This document shows, in pieces, positions 26,665 to 40,340 of a stretch of 64,000 nucleotides of DNA. A model generated the notes under the pieces. The model worked only from the letters and a program-made list of their open reading frames with translations, did not search any database and had not been told where the DNA came from. The DNA is from Eledone cirrhosa (lineage: Eukaryota): contig OZ024743.1 of NCBI GenBank assembly GCA_964016885.1, forward strand, positions 216,690,001 to 216,754,000. The letters are read 5' to 3'. The translations under genes were made by a program, and so were the position numbers. Within the stretch, counting starts at the first letter, position 1. The number at the start of each line of letters is the position of its first letter.

Positions 26665-26830
26665 TACGAGAGTTAACTGAAAGTTTCTTAGGCTGACCAA
26701 GGTAGTCTCGTAGAATGTGACAAAATGAGATTTATTTTCAGCATAGTCATTCTTGTAGTACACACACTTGTTCCGTCAGTGTTGCAGCGGTTGGATCCCA
26801 GTGGTGAAGAAGCTTCCATCGTGTTGGTAA
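26665..26830 (-). mobile_element. Mariner transposon 3' end remnant
   Basis: TIR TACGAG.. plus minus-strand FFTTGIQPLQH*RNKCVYYKNDYAEN, matching the mariner C-terminal GI..L..RW.KC...GDYVE motif. Confidence 0.7.
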
Positions 26831-28005
26831 AAAATCATGTGTATACGAGACAAATCAGTTCGATGAAGATAATTCAATTTAGATAACATTTTCTCAGTTA
26901 TTTCAACATTCAATATTTTTATTTGTTTAATATGTTATACAATATTCCTTTTTTAATCATCGGTAACCTACATTTAACCATCTTGTGTAATAAGGCTTAG
27001 TCGATATTGTACATTTGTTAATCTTGGTTGGTTCTTACCCCCACACCCATTTAATTGCTTTGTCGTAATGTGAACATTCTACGAAGTTTATAGTTCTTTT
27101 GAAGAGAACTATCTTTCAAAGCAAAAATGTGTTGTATTTCACAACATGGTTGAGCTGACATTCATCTTAACCTTAATTTTTTAATGTATAATTTCAGAGA
27201 CTTGTGGAGGAAATAAGTGAAGAAACAACAACTAATTTATTGCTGCAGTACAGGTCAGTAGTTCAATATTCAGAGGTATATCCTTAGACATGTCACGTGG
27301 ACCGAATGTTTGCAACGAAAAAAGTTTTTCTTAATGCACCCAATCAACATAAACAAACCAAGATATTCAATCAATTGTACCATTCCTGTGTACGAGTGAA
27401 ATGCTTTTTTTTAGGGAAATGCAATGTTATATAAAGCATAAAAGTATCAAAATATATCAAAAATAGTCTGACAATTGAATGATTACACGAAAAGTAGCTC
27501 CAAGTAACATATTTTATACGACGACAAAAATTGCAAGTTAGGATATATATAAACGCTGGATGGTGATCATGTTTGGGATTCCATTTTTCTACCGGTAAAA
27601 TACATCTAATAATCTTAAGGTTAGCAAAATGTATTTCAGAAACGTGTCCTCAAGATCAATTTCTAAGATCATATTATAATGTATGAGAGAGAGGGAAAAT
27701 TAAAGAATGTTTGTGATTTCGATAGATATGAATAACTGAACGAAATGGAATATATGGAAATGAACAAGTAGATAAAAACAAAACAATCAGCTGATTATTC
27801 CGTAAACAGCGATAAGAAGAGAATAATAAATATCACGTTAATTAAAAACACTAACAACCCATCGACACTGAAGAAGAAAGAGAGAAATACCAAATTATAT
27901 ATTTATATATATATATGTGTGTGTGTGTGAATGTAGAGAGATGGATAAATATATATATTGCTACAATAATTTCTATACTTTTCATTTATATATATATATA
28001 TACAT

Positions 28006-28037
<32 letters not shown>

Positions 28038-28506
28038 GGGAGTTGAATCGTTATTCTATATATGGATTTCTACAGTTATTCGTACGAAATCATCATTTCT
28101 GTTGATTTCATATGAATGAAACTGTTCTAGTTTTGTAGAGGTTTTTTTTCGCTATATATATATAATAAAAATGCATATAAGAACATTTTACTGGGTATGT
28201 TTTTGTAACCGTGGTACACTGTAATCTTTAACTTAAAGGCAGAGCATAATGATTTAGAGATGGGTTGTTTCCTGAAAGTTTCACGATCGTTTATTAATAA
28301 AGGTTGCCAAGAACTGAAAGACGTTGATGGAGATTCAAGAGCATGGCTAGACGTAAAATGCCTGATAAAGCTCCAAATAAGATGAGGACACCAAACGTTT
28401 GTAAATAAGGAGCAGAAAATAATTGGTGAGAACACCAGAAACTATTTAGCGCTATTTCTATGGCGCTCAATGTTCAAGGGACATTATTGGAATAATTTAT
28501 ATATGT

Positions 28507-28547
<41 letters not shown>

Positions 28548-28549
<2 letters not shown>

Positions 28550-28693
28550 CAAAGAGGGTGTATTATGAAACCAGGTGAACCATAACACACCAGAGTACTC
28601 AATCGTTAGCGTAGTAGAGTGGGTAATAGAAAATGTGTCATGTCCCCGACGGCTGAGCTCAGGCCGTTTCGACGCCGTTGGGGTCCTGACTTT

Positions 28694-28697
<4 letters not shown>
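28548..28697 (-). mobile_element. pLTR-like fragment in (TA)n with the 3' half of an HHR and a ~25-bp 5' inversion; related to 50420-50465
   Basis: GTC-GAA-ACGGC ctgagctca GCCGT-C; GCCGTTGGGGTCCTGAC is its inverted duplicate. Confidence 0.55.
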
Positions 28698-28733
<36 letters not shown>

Positions 28734-28749
28734 CTATATATATATATAT

Positions 28750-29600
28750 CTTTAAGTCGTTTGGAAGCCGACAAGGCAGATGGGTAAATCTCCGGGTAAC
28801 AAGATCCGGTGGTGGAGAGAGAGATGTAAGTGAGTGTACGTTGAGATGTGTGGCGTGTAAAAGACTGTAGCGTGTAGAAGAATGTAGGAAAGGGCGTAAA
28901 GGATAAAATTAAAAATAATAACACGAGATAGAGTTACCTTGGGAGAGATTTAATTGTCCCTATATATTTCGGATTCACATCCATCAAATGGAGAGTTTTT
29001 TTTTCGGGGGGAAGGAGATTGTCTGTCGGAAAGGTGCGAAACGTGTCCTCCGCTGTTCGTTGTTTTGAATATCTGAGGTATTCAGCAGAGCGCGCGTGCG
29101 CGTGAAATGGGGCGGTCAAGCAGAGGTCGGCGGCCGAAATAATTCTTTCAATTGTGGGAACTATTTCGGCTGCCGACCTCTGCTTGACCGACCCCATTTC
29201 ACGCGCACGCGCGCTCTGCTGAATACCTCAGATATTCAAAACAACAAACAGCGGAGGACACGTTTCGCACCTTTCCGACAGACAAACTTCCCGCCCACCC
29301 CCACGGAAAAAAACCCATTTGATGTATGTGAATCCGAAATATATAGGGACAATTAAATCTCTCCCAAGGTAACTCTATCTCGTGTTATTATTTTTATCCT
29401 TTTCGCTCTTTCCTACATTATTCTACATGCTACAGTCTTCTTCACGCCACACACACATCTCAACGTACGCTCACTTACATCTCTCTCTCCATCACCGGAT
29501 CTTGTTACCCGGAGATTTACCCATCTGCATTGTCGAGGCTTCCAAACGACTTAAAGAAATATACCTTATTATTCCACAATGCTTCAAGCAAACTTCAATA

Positions 29601-29606
<6 letters not shown>
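28750..29606. repeat. ~810-bp near-perfect palindrome (centre ~29151) with a ~50-bp one-sided extension, in (TA)n
   Basis: 28750-29150 is the reverse complement of 29152-29557; GC-rich centre. Confidence 0.95.
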
Positions 29607-29672
<66 letters not shown>

Positions 29673-29839
29673 TGTGTGTCTGTGTATGTATGTATGTATG
29701 TATTGTTGTTCCTATGTTCAAAATATTTACAATATTTGTTGGATATCTTTCGTCTGGACATTTTGATGAATGGTTAAGACCAAAATTACATTACGTCTAT
29801 TGCAGTCAAAAGAGATATTTACTTAAAACATACTCTTTC

Positions 29840-29925
<86 letters not shown>

Positions 29926-30471
29926 GCAATATATATTTACACACACGTATGTATATTCACATCGGTGTGTATGTAAATAGGGGTATACATCTAAACACGC
30001 ACGCCTTTTCACAAACATTCATATATCCTTTATTTTCCATTGTTGTTAATATTGTGGCCAGTGTTATTATTTTTGTCTACTATTTTCTCCCATTTCAATT
30101 GCATTTGTTTTTCTTTTATTTTGCTGTAATTGTGGGTAGCGGGGTTTGTATGCTAGGGTAAGTTCTACTGTCGCTATAGTTTTCTTATTTTAGATTGTAT
30201 TTTCCTACATAGCCGTCGCACTCATCGTCATAATAGTTGTTCTTGTTATTGTTAATGCTTGTCAATTTCCATTACACGTATATTTGAAAGGAAACCAATG
30301 AACTAATGTTTATATGATAACGTGTGTGTGTGCGTGTGCGTATACATATGAGGTTGTGAATGTATGTATATGTGTACATATACATGTATGCATAGGCGTA
30401 TATACATATATAAATTTATACAAATATATGCATATGATTTGGGTGTATGTGTATCGATATGGGGTAGTGCG

Positions 30472-30504
<33 letters not shown>

Positions 30505-30672
30505 CTGTGTGTGTGTTTTTATGTGTATATATATATATATACATATATATGTACCTCTGTCTGTATATATACACACACATATATATATACCATTATATTT
30601 ATATACAATTATATACATATATATATATAACATTATATGTATATACAATTATATGCATGTATATATATATAT

Positions 30673-30709
<37 letters not shown>

Positions 30710-30723
30710 AATATATATATATT

Positions 30724-30765
<42 letters not shown>

Positions 30766-30830
30766 TATATATATTTATATATAAATATATATATATTTAT
30801 ATATAAATATATATATATATATATATAAAT

Positions 30831-30951
<121 letters not shown>

Positions 30952-30954
30952 TAC

Positions 30955-31960
30955 ACTCTTTTACTCTTTTACTCTTTTACCTGTTTCAGCCATCCGGCTG
31001 AGGCCATGCTGGGGCACCGCCCTTGTTGCTACACATTTTATCTCCAGCCTGTATAGGTTGGCCACTGGTGTAAGAGGGAGTTTGTTGCTGCTGCCCTTAG
31101 GTTTCCCTCGTGTCTTGCTGTGGGCTCATCCGGGATTCTGGATAACAAGGTGTCGAGATGTTTCTTAAAGACATCCACCTCCACGTCATGCAAGTCTCTC
31201 AGATCCCTCGGCAGCCTGTTGAAGAGTTGAGGGCCCTTGAATCCCAGGTTATTGCAATACCTGCTCCTTATTCTAGATCTGGAAGAGGGGACCTTTGGCA
31301 CCACACAGTGACATCCTGTTCGACTGTTGGTCCAGCTCCCAATGCCAAAGTTTGGTGCTAGTCCCTCCAGGATTTTCTACATGTAGATCACGGCGTATCT
31401 CTCCCGTCTTCGCTCCAAGGAGTAGAGGTTCAGTTCCTTTAGCCTCTCCCACTAGCTTGTCTCCCTCATCTTGGCAATCCTCTTGGTGTAGCTTCGCTGG
31501 ATTGCCTCAAGCTCCGTGGTTAGTTTGGCACTATGGGGTGACCACAACCGGGAGCAGTAGTCCAGGCGGCTTAGGACAAAAGTACTCCATAGTGTCAATA
31601 TGGTGTCTCGATCGCTTGTCCGGAAAGTCCTCAAGATCCAGCCGGCGAGTTGTCTGCACATTGTCGCCACTTTCATGATGTGTGAAGAAAAAGATGCATC
31701 ATCGGTCATGTCTATGCCCAGGTCTCGTATCGATTTTGACACGGGGATATCGGTCCCTCCTGGTCCTGTGTAGCTGTGTTGCTCTATATTTGTGTTTGCA
31801 GGTTTGTATTGTAGGGCTTGGAATTTGCCAGCATTAAATTGCATGTTGTTTTCTTCCGCCCATTTGTATATGGCATCCAGATCCTGCTGAAAAAGGGCAG
31901 CGTCAGCCGGGTTTTTGAATGCCTGTGCTACCTAAGTGTCATCAGCATAGCTATTGACGG
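30955..31960 (-). mobile_element. 5'-truncated APE-type LINE (CR1/L2/Jockey group): RT C-terminus and (TAAAAGAG)n tail, between long (TA)n arrays
   Basis: YADDT at ~31936-31950; MQFNAGKF..RDLGI..SRLDYCSRLWSP..LEAIQR; GPQLFNRLP. Confidence 0.9.
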
Positions 31961-31966
31961 ATATAT

Positions 31967-32003
<37 letters not shown>

Positions 32004-32019
32004 AATATATATATATATA

Positions 32020-32135
<116 letters not shown>

Positions 32136-32136
32136 A

Positions 32137-33046
<910 letters not shown>

Positions 33047-33796
33047 TATATATATATATTTATATATATAAATATATAGATATATTTGAATGGATACAGT
33101 TTAGTTGAAAGGAATTTATTGACACGTGTTTCTATAACATTTACATAACCTGAAAACAGCTGCTATCTACAAAGTATTAGTTATGCAGACAATCAATATT
33201 TCAATGTTATTATTTACTGTCATTTCATCAGAATAATATTACTGAGGACCTGATTGGTTTTTATAGAGAATATTAGGAGAGAGGGGTGAAGTTGTTAGAA
33301 GAATAGTTGAGGGAGTGGTTTTTTGATAGCAGTGAGAATTTTTGGTGGCAGTGAGTAATTAGATTCCTATCTGTTGTTTTGGCATTTTTATAGAATATAT
33401 TATTGGTTATTTTTCTAAATCTATAGAGGGATTAGAGATAGTAAAGATATGCGTGGTTGGTTTTGTGTTTGCACTTAATTAACATTCAGACTTAAATTTT
33501 TTCTTTCCAGTGTACGTATCCATTCACCCACACATTCTCACACAAACATATTTGCACCCCTCTACAAAATACATATACTCACATTCACATAGTAACATGT
33601 CCATACTTACATACATATACACATGCATACATATATATATACACACATGTACATACATACGCGTTCATGTGTGTACATTTTCATACTCAACTTATCTTTA
33701 TATACACACGTATAGACACACACATATATACATACATAGTCTAGTCTATGTGTATATATATACATATACATATATATCTATCTATCTATCTATCTA

Positions 33797-33842
<46 letters not shown>

Positions 33843-34118
33843 CATTTTAATACATGAATACACTTACATCTAACTATACACATCAAACATATATATATAT
33901 CTACTTATTTATATACATGTTCACATATATATACATACTTATGGTCGCTTTTAGACACATTCATTATCGCATTTTTGCACATATTCTCATCAGCATATCT
34001 TTCCATTATTAGTGTGGTAATTTGAGGTTATTAATATACATATATATGTTGAGAAGAAATTGTTTTTATATTTTTCTAACTAGATTGAGGTTTATATAGT
34101 TGGGGGGATGTCCCTCTT

Positions 34119-35124
34119 TTATGTAATATTCGGCTTGTAGTGGGAAAAAAGGGTTTTAGTTCGGTGACGGCAGAATAATGTTCATTCAATTCTGTTATTC
34201 AGCAATTTCTTCTTGTGTGTGATTATGTAATACATCTCAAGATTACACAATTTGCAGAAATTTTGGCTCCTGGAAAAGCTTTGGGTTTTAGCTAATTTCA
34301 CCCATTTTAGGGTAAACTTTTGATCGCTATCCCTGAGCGTCCAAGTTTTTCTGCTAAAGTTGTTACATTTCTGGTGTTTTATTGAGTAAGAATGCTTATA
34401 TAATCGAGATTTAAACGATGTTGCCGTTGATCCCACGTAATACCACTCGTTTCCTCCGGATTTAATGGTACATTTATAAATAATATTTTTTTCCAGGCAG
34501 TTATTGCCGAGGGGGCAGTTGTCAGGATAGGTGCAGTTACAGTTGTGTACGTTGGGTTTTCTCTGGAGTAGTATTGCGGACGAACTTAGGTGTGGTTTAT
34601 TTATGTTCTGTAGTGTATTGTCTACTGTTTTTTTTTGTGTTCTTTGTACTTAAGTTTTTAGTGTTTTCGTTTAACCTTCTAGTATTGATCTTTTTTATGT
34701 GTTGTTCAAGGTTTAACGCTGTAGAGTATGACAGTCTTATAGTGGTAGGGTTTAGGATTTTGTGGTATTTGTGTGATGTAGGAAAATGTCTCTTAATTAT
34801 TTTAAAGAAGAGTACTGGTAAATTTGTACTAATGGAACTATTGTATTCGGGGTTATACCATAAGTACTCTTTGCATCGCTTTCTATTAGTTTTGTTTGTT
34901 GGTTTACTGGTGAGCATACTATGGTAGTAAGTGTGATTTATTTTGGGTGTTTTGATTGTTCCCATCTATATACTCTATTTTGTTGAGGTGGCCTGCTTTA
35001 CTAAGGGAGTTATCGTAGTATTCGGCGTGTTCCTTAAATACTTGTATGTTAGAAGATAGACCCGAGATTCTAAGGGAAATATTTTTAGGGATAGATTTAA
35101 TTATAGAGATGGGGTGGTTAGATC
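34119..35124 (-). pseudogene. PLE RT thumb, CNC..CPL..C linker and GIY-YIG endonuclease, disrupted
   Basis: SNHPISIIKSIP..RISGLSSN; LWYNPEY..HFP..IRLSYS; CNCTYPDNCPLGNNCLEKNIIY..YYVGST..FKSR..CKLCNLE..CRHR. Confidence 0.9.
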
Positions 35125-35292
35125 CAACAGATGGGAATCTAATTACTCACTGCCACCAAAACAACAGATGGGAATCTAATTACTCACTGCCACCAAAGAT
35201 TCTCACCGCTATCAAAAAACCACTATTCTTCTAACAACTTCACCCCTCTCTCCTAATATTCTCTATAAAAACCAAACAGGTCCTCAGTAATA

Positions 35293-35413
35293 TTATTCTG
35301 ATGAAATGACAGTAAATAATAACATTGAAATATTGATTGTCTGCATAATTAATACTTTGTAGATAGCAGTTGTTTTCAGGATATGTAACTGTTATAGAAA
35401 CACGTGTCAATAA
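35293..35413 (+). ncRNA. Type I HHR with ~92-nt stem II (family A pLTR)
   Basis: TTATT-CTGATGA-A-ATGACAGT...ACTGTTAT-A-GAA-ACACGTGT-C-AATAA. Confidence 0.75.
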
Positions 35414-35588
35414 ATTCCTTTCAACTAAACTGTATCCATTCAAATCTTTCTATTTTTCTCCGGATTACTTTTGGAATTTCAACTGGAACCGTCGAGCAAA
35501 CTCTACGTGAGCTGTCAATCTACTGTGTGTAATATTTATATTACAACACAACGGAAAATACTGTATATAAATATATATATATATATAA

Positions 35589-35629
<41 letters not shown>

Positions 35630-35692
35630 TATATATATATAAATATATATATATATAAATATATATATATATAAATATATATATATATAAAT

Positions 35693-35931
<239 letters not shown>

Positions 35932-35937
<6 letters not shown>

Positions 35938-37258
35938 ATTAGTATATCTACCAACATATGTATACAGATGTATACCCATGCTACCAAATATATATGTTAT
36001 GTCTTAGTACCTTTGTGGTTCTATTCAGGGGGATGCAGAACAATAATATGAAAGAATTAAAATAAGAAAATTTTAAAAATTAAAAATTAACTTACTTACT
36101 AAAATTTTCACTCCAACCAATGAGTTTCAGTAAGGTAGTAAATATAGTTACGCAACGCAACTATAGAGAAGTCCTTACGTTATCAGGGAGTCTATTCTCA
36201 GCTAAGTTCCCAGGCAATACGCGGACACTAGGAACCCATATAAAAATAATAATTCAGTAGATGGAATAAAGCTAGCGGGGACTAAATTCCAGGGCACTGA
36301 AAAAATTCACTGCCTACTTGGATAGTGGCAAATTATAAAGAATCAATCACGTGACACTGAGGTTAATCAGTGAGGAGTGGTGTGGTATTATGACAAGAGC
36401 CTAACTACTACCATGAACCATAGCAGTAAATTTTGGCAAGTTTTGCTCAACAAATAATTTGGAGATAAATATAGAGAATTAGTATATCTACCAACATATG
36501 TATACAGATGTATACCCATGCTAGCAAATATATATGTTATGCCTTAGTACCTTTGCGATTCTATGCAGGAGGATGCAGTACAATAATATGAAAGAAGTAA
36601 AATGAGAAAATTTTAAAAATTAAAAATTAACTTACTTTTAACTTTTAATGTTTAATTTATAATTTATAATTTATAATTTTTAATTTTTAATTTTTAATTT
36701 TTAAAATTTTCTTATTTTACTTCTTTCATATTATTGGTCTGCAACCCCCTGCATAAAACCACAAATGTACTAATACATAACATATATATTTGCTAGCATG
36801 GGTATACATCTGTATACATATGTTGATAGATATACTAATTCTCTATATTAACTCCAAATTATTTGTTGAGCAAAACTTGCCAAAATTTACTGCTATGGTT
36901 CATGGTAGTAGTTAGGCTCTTGTCATAATACCACTCCACTCCTCACTGATTAACCTCAGTGTCACGTGATTGATTCTTTAGAATTTGCCACTGACCAAGT
37001 AGGCATTGAATTTTTTCAGTGCCCTGGAATTTAGTCCCTGCTAGCTTTATTCCATCCACTGAATTATTATTTTTATATGGGTTCCTAGTGTCTGCGCATT
37101 GCCTGGGAACTTAGCTGAGAATAGAATCCCTGATGACGTAAGGACTTCTTTATAGTTGCTTTGCGTAACTATATTTACTCCCTTACAGAAACTAATTAGT
37201 TGGAGTGAAAACTTTAGTAAGTTAATTTTTAATTTTTAAAATTTTCTTATTTTACTTC

Positions 37259-37264
<6 letters not shown>
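35932..37264. mobile_element. Retrozyme-like family D: 540-bp unit in head-to-head arms, each longer than one monomer
   Basis: AGAATTAGTATATCTACC at 35935 and 36475; 36690-37264 is the reverse complement; HHRs at 36110-36191 (minus) and 37125-37206 (plus). Confidence 0.9.
37125..37206 (+). ncRNA. Type I HHR with ~51-nt stem II (family D)
   Basis: TCC-CTGATGA-C-GTAAGG...CCTTAC-A-GAA-ACTAATTAGT-T-GGA; the other arm has stem I ACTCC/GGAGT but core CTGATAA. Confidence 0.8.
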
Positions 37265-37289
<25 letters not shown>

Positions 37290-38159
37290 CACCCCACTCT
37301 CAAGCGTGAACCTAATACCAAACACGTTTCGTATCTGTACTCCTTCTTGTCGTTGTTGTTAATGTTTTTTACTTTTTCAATATATATATATTTGCTCACA
37401 CCCCACTCGCGTCGGACGGTCTGCTGTCTCTCTCGCCCATGACATCAACACAGTTTAAGCTGATCGCACTCCCATGTGCTTGTTTTTTCCTATCTTTGCG
37501 TTGCTATCCTTCTATGTTTGTTTACTTGTCTCGCTCGCTTTACGCGATTTACTTGTCCCAATAGCTTTATTTAGCTATTGCTCGCACCAGCTGGAGGTAT
37601 TATCATATGTAACCCATGTGCAACCACGCAGTATTAATTCTTCTCGTGTTTTTATATATATATATATATATATTCAATTCTATACGTTGGTAAAACAACG
37701 ATAAGGCGCTCAGATATCAATTTAAAGCTCAAATGTGGTTTACTGTAGGTACAGAATAGCGAGAGGTATTTCAGGGGTAAATCCATTTGGTATTCTTCCG
37801 GTCATCTTAGATTTATAATCACAGAACATATATTAACAAAGAAAACAGGACACCAATTCAACAGATCATATTTTATTTATTTGAACAAATAAATAATGTA
37901 TTAACTGTTGAACTAGCTGACCTATTTCTTTTGTTAATATATATGTATATATTTGTGTGTGTGTGTGTGTGTGTGTATGTGTGTGTGTGTGTGTGTGTGT
38001 TTGTGTGTGTGTGTAGATGTGGTGTTGAATGACACGAGCATGAGTTCTAAACAGTGACGTAGAGTTGAAATATTTATTACTAATAAGTGGTGAAACTCCT
38101 GATTTATAAAACTTACCACTTAGCCTTAATAAAAATGCACACACACACAAAAATACACC

Positions 38160-38191
<32 letters not shown>

Positions 38192-38196
38192 TACAT

Positions 38197-38640
38197 TAAT
38201 TCGAAATATTAACAACATAGATATTCTTGTGATAAAATAAATGATGCATGACAAACCCTGATATAGTAGATGGTTAAGATTCAGTTATGGTAGTGAGTAA
38301 TATATGACAAAACTCAATATTTATATACCTTAATATTGAAACATGAAAAATACCTACATATAATACATATAATAGAGAGGGTGCGTGTGAGAAAGCTTAA
38401 AAAATATATAGCAGCAATATAATTGTAAAATATTATTTTATCTGATGAGGACGTACTGTTGAAGTTAACTCAGTACCTCTGAAATATGTATAATAACATA
38501 TACTTGATCACAAGAATATCTATTTTGTTAATATTTTGATTTAATATTAATAACTCCGGAAAACCTTTTGCTGTTGAGTGCTTCCAATCTATTGTAAAAC
38601 TCATTCTTTGATTTATTCATTGAACCTTTTTTAACCTTTA
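38197..38640 (+). mobile_element. pLTR-like insert in (TA)n with HHR-like motif (38438-38494) and a 36-bp inverted 5' segment
   Basis: CTGATGA-GGACGTACTG..CAGTACCTCT-GAAA-TATGTA; 38198-38233 inverted at 38507-38543. Confidence 0.65.
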
Positions 38641-38825
38641 AATATATATATATATATATATGTGTGTGTCTGTGTGTGTGTGTATGCCTAATAGGGATGA
38701 ATATGTTTAATACCTATATATATTTATAAGTGTGTGTTATATATATATATGTATATGTGTATGTGTGTATGTTATATGTATGTATCTGTGTGTGTGAGTG
38801 AGAATGTATCAGTGCGTGTGTATGC

Positions 38826-38885
<60 letters not shown>

Positions 38886-39259
38886 TTATTCATTTCTCAT
38901 ACTGGTTGTTGTTATTTTGTTACATTCTGATATTTTTTTCTCAAATTATTTTTGAAAACGTGTGAAATTTTCCTATTTTTCATGCATTCATGTTTGTGAT
39001 ACGATTCTATAAAAAAATCATTCTGTTTGCTCATTTCAGTTTGTGTTTACTTATCTACATACGTGCCTATGTGTAGTTGTGCGTCTAAGTACATGATTTC
39101 TGTTTGTATATATTGTTCCGTTTTTAATTCAGTTACTTTTTTAACCAATGTCTTTTCTATCCTCTCTCGTCAACGAGATATTGCTACATTATATTTTTCA
39201 TGTATCATCCCTCAATATCGTAGTTAAACACAAACGTGTGCGTGCACTCACACACATGA

Positions 39260-39301
<42 letters not shown>

Positions 39302-39347
39302 TTCTTTGTGTGTCTGTATGTTTGTGCGTGCGTGTGTGCATATGTGC

Positions 39348-39425
<78 letters not shown>

Positions 39426-39563
39426 ATAATAAATGTGAAGAAGATTAAAATCCGAAGAAGGCTCGATAAGGATTATATATATATATATAAAATAAGGGAG
39501 ACGATCTTGTTAAGGGTCAAAGCAGTGATTCTTTGCTTAATCATATATATATATATATTTATA

Positions 39564-40198
39564 TATAATAACTAGAAATTGATTAACATATAAATATACA
39601 TGGATAATCACAGGAGATAATTTTTACAAGTGTGTAAGTAAACATAGCTAGGAAGGTAACTAAATAAAGTTAACCAGAACTTCAAAAATAGATACCTTAT
39701 AATATGAATAATCTTCCCTGTATATATTCCATTAAAGAAATATATTTCACCAATTAATCGAATGGTAAACCATGGAGGCCGGTACTTGGATTTTCAACAA
39801 GGAAAAAGTCCAGCGATCTATGTTTACACTTCAAATTCAAATCAGCGACTGGCCAGCAACACGTGCTGCTTCTACTAGAAATACACACATCATACCAGCT
39901 TCGTCACAGTGGCGTGAATAGGGTTATCGACAACTAGAAACAGCAATCAAATCCTTTCAACTTGTTGAAAATCCAAGTACCGGCCTTCATGTTTTACCAT
40001 TCGATTAATTGGTGAAATATATTTCTTTAATGGAATATATACAGGGAAGATTAATCATATTATAAGGTATCTATTTTTGAAGTTCTGGTTAACTTTATTT
40101 AGTTACCTCCCTAGCTATGTGTGCTTACACACTTGTAAAAATTATCTCCTGTGATTACTCATGTTTATTTATATGTTGATCAATTTCTAGTTATTATA
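39564..40198. mobile_element. Foldback family E: ~238-bp inverted arms, 158-bp spacer, variant HHR in each arm
   Basis: 39564-39801 is the reverse complement of 39961-40198. Confidence 0.9.
39961..40045 (+). ncRNA. Variant type I HHR with U3-A8 core and AUA site (mirror copy at 39716-39802, minus)
   Basis: CTTG-TTGAAAA-T-CCAA...TTGG-T-GAA-ATATATTTC tttaat GGAATATAT-A-CAGG. Confidence 0.7.
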
Positions 40199-40299
40199 AA
40201 ATGCTCGGAGCTATTCGTTAGAATCTTAGAGCTTATTTTGCGGGTGATATGGCGCATGTCTTTCTGGCATGACACCCATAATTTTGATTATCTTAATTT

Positions 40300-40340
<41 letters not shown>

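Larger units (their letters stand above)
33077..35565 (-). mobile_element. 5'-truncated PLE (family A) with 3' pLTR (33085-33380) and inverted 5' pLTR (35125-35565), in (TA)n
   Basis: Inverted repeat, 39-bp tandem duplication at the junction, HHR in both pLTRs (33116-33236 minus, 35293-35413 plus). Confidence 0.9.

Noticed and set aside
29015-29052. GGAG...GAAACGTGTC-CTCC as an HHR
   Set aside because: No CUGANGA-like core or stem II
34182-34184. In-frame TGA in the family A endonuclease as possible selenocysteine (some PLEs encode Sec)
   Set aside because: It aligns with Arg in family B (IER), so it is most likely CGA>TGA decay; no convincing SECIS seen
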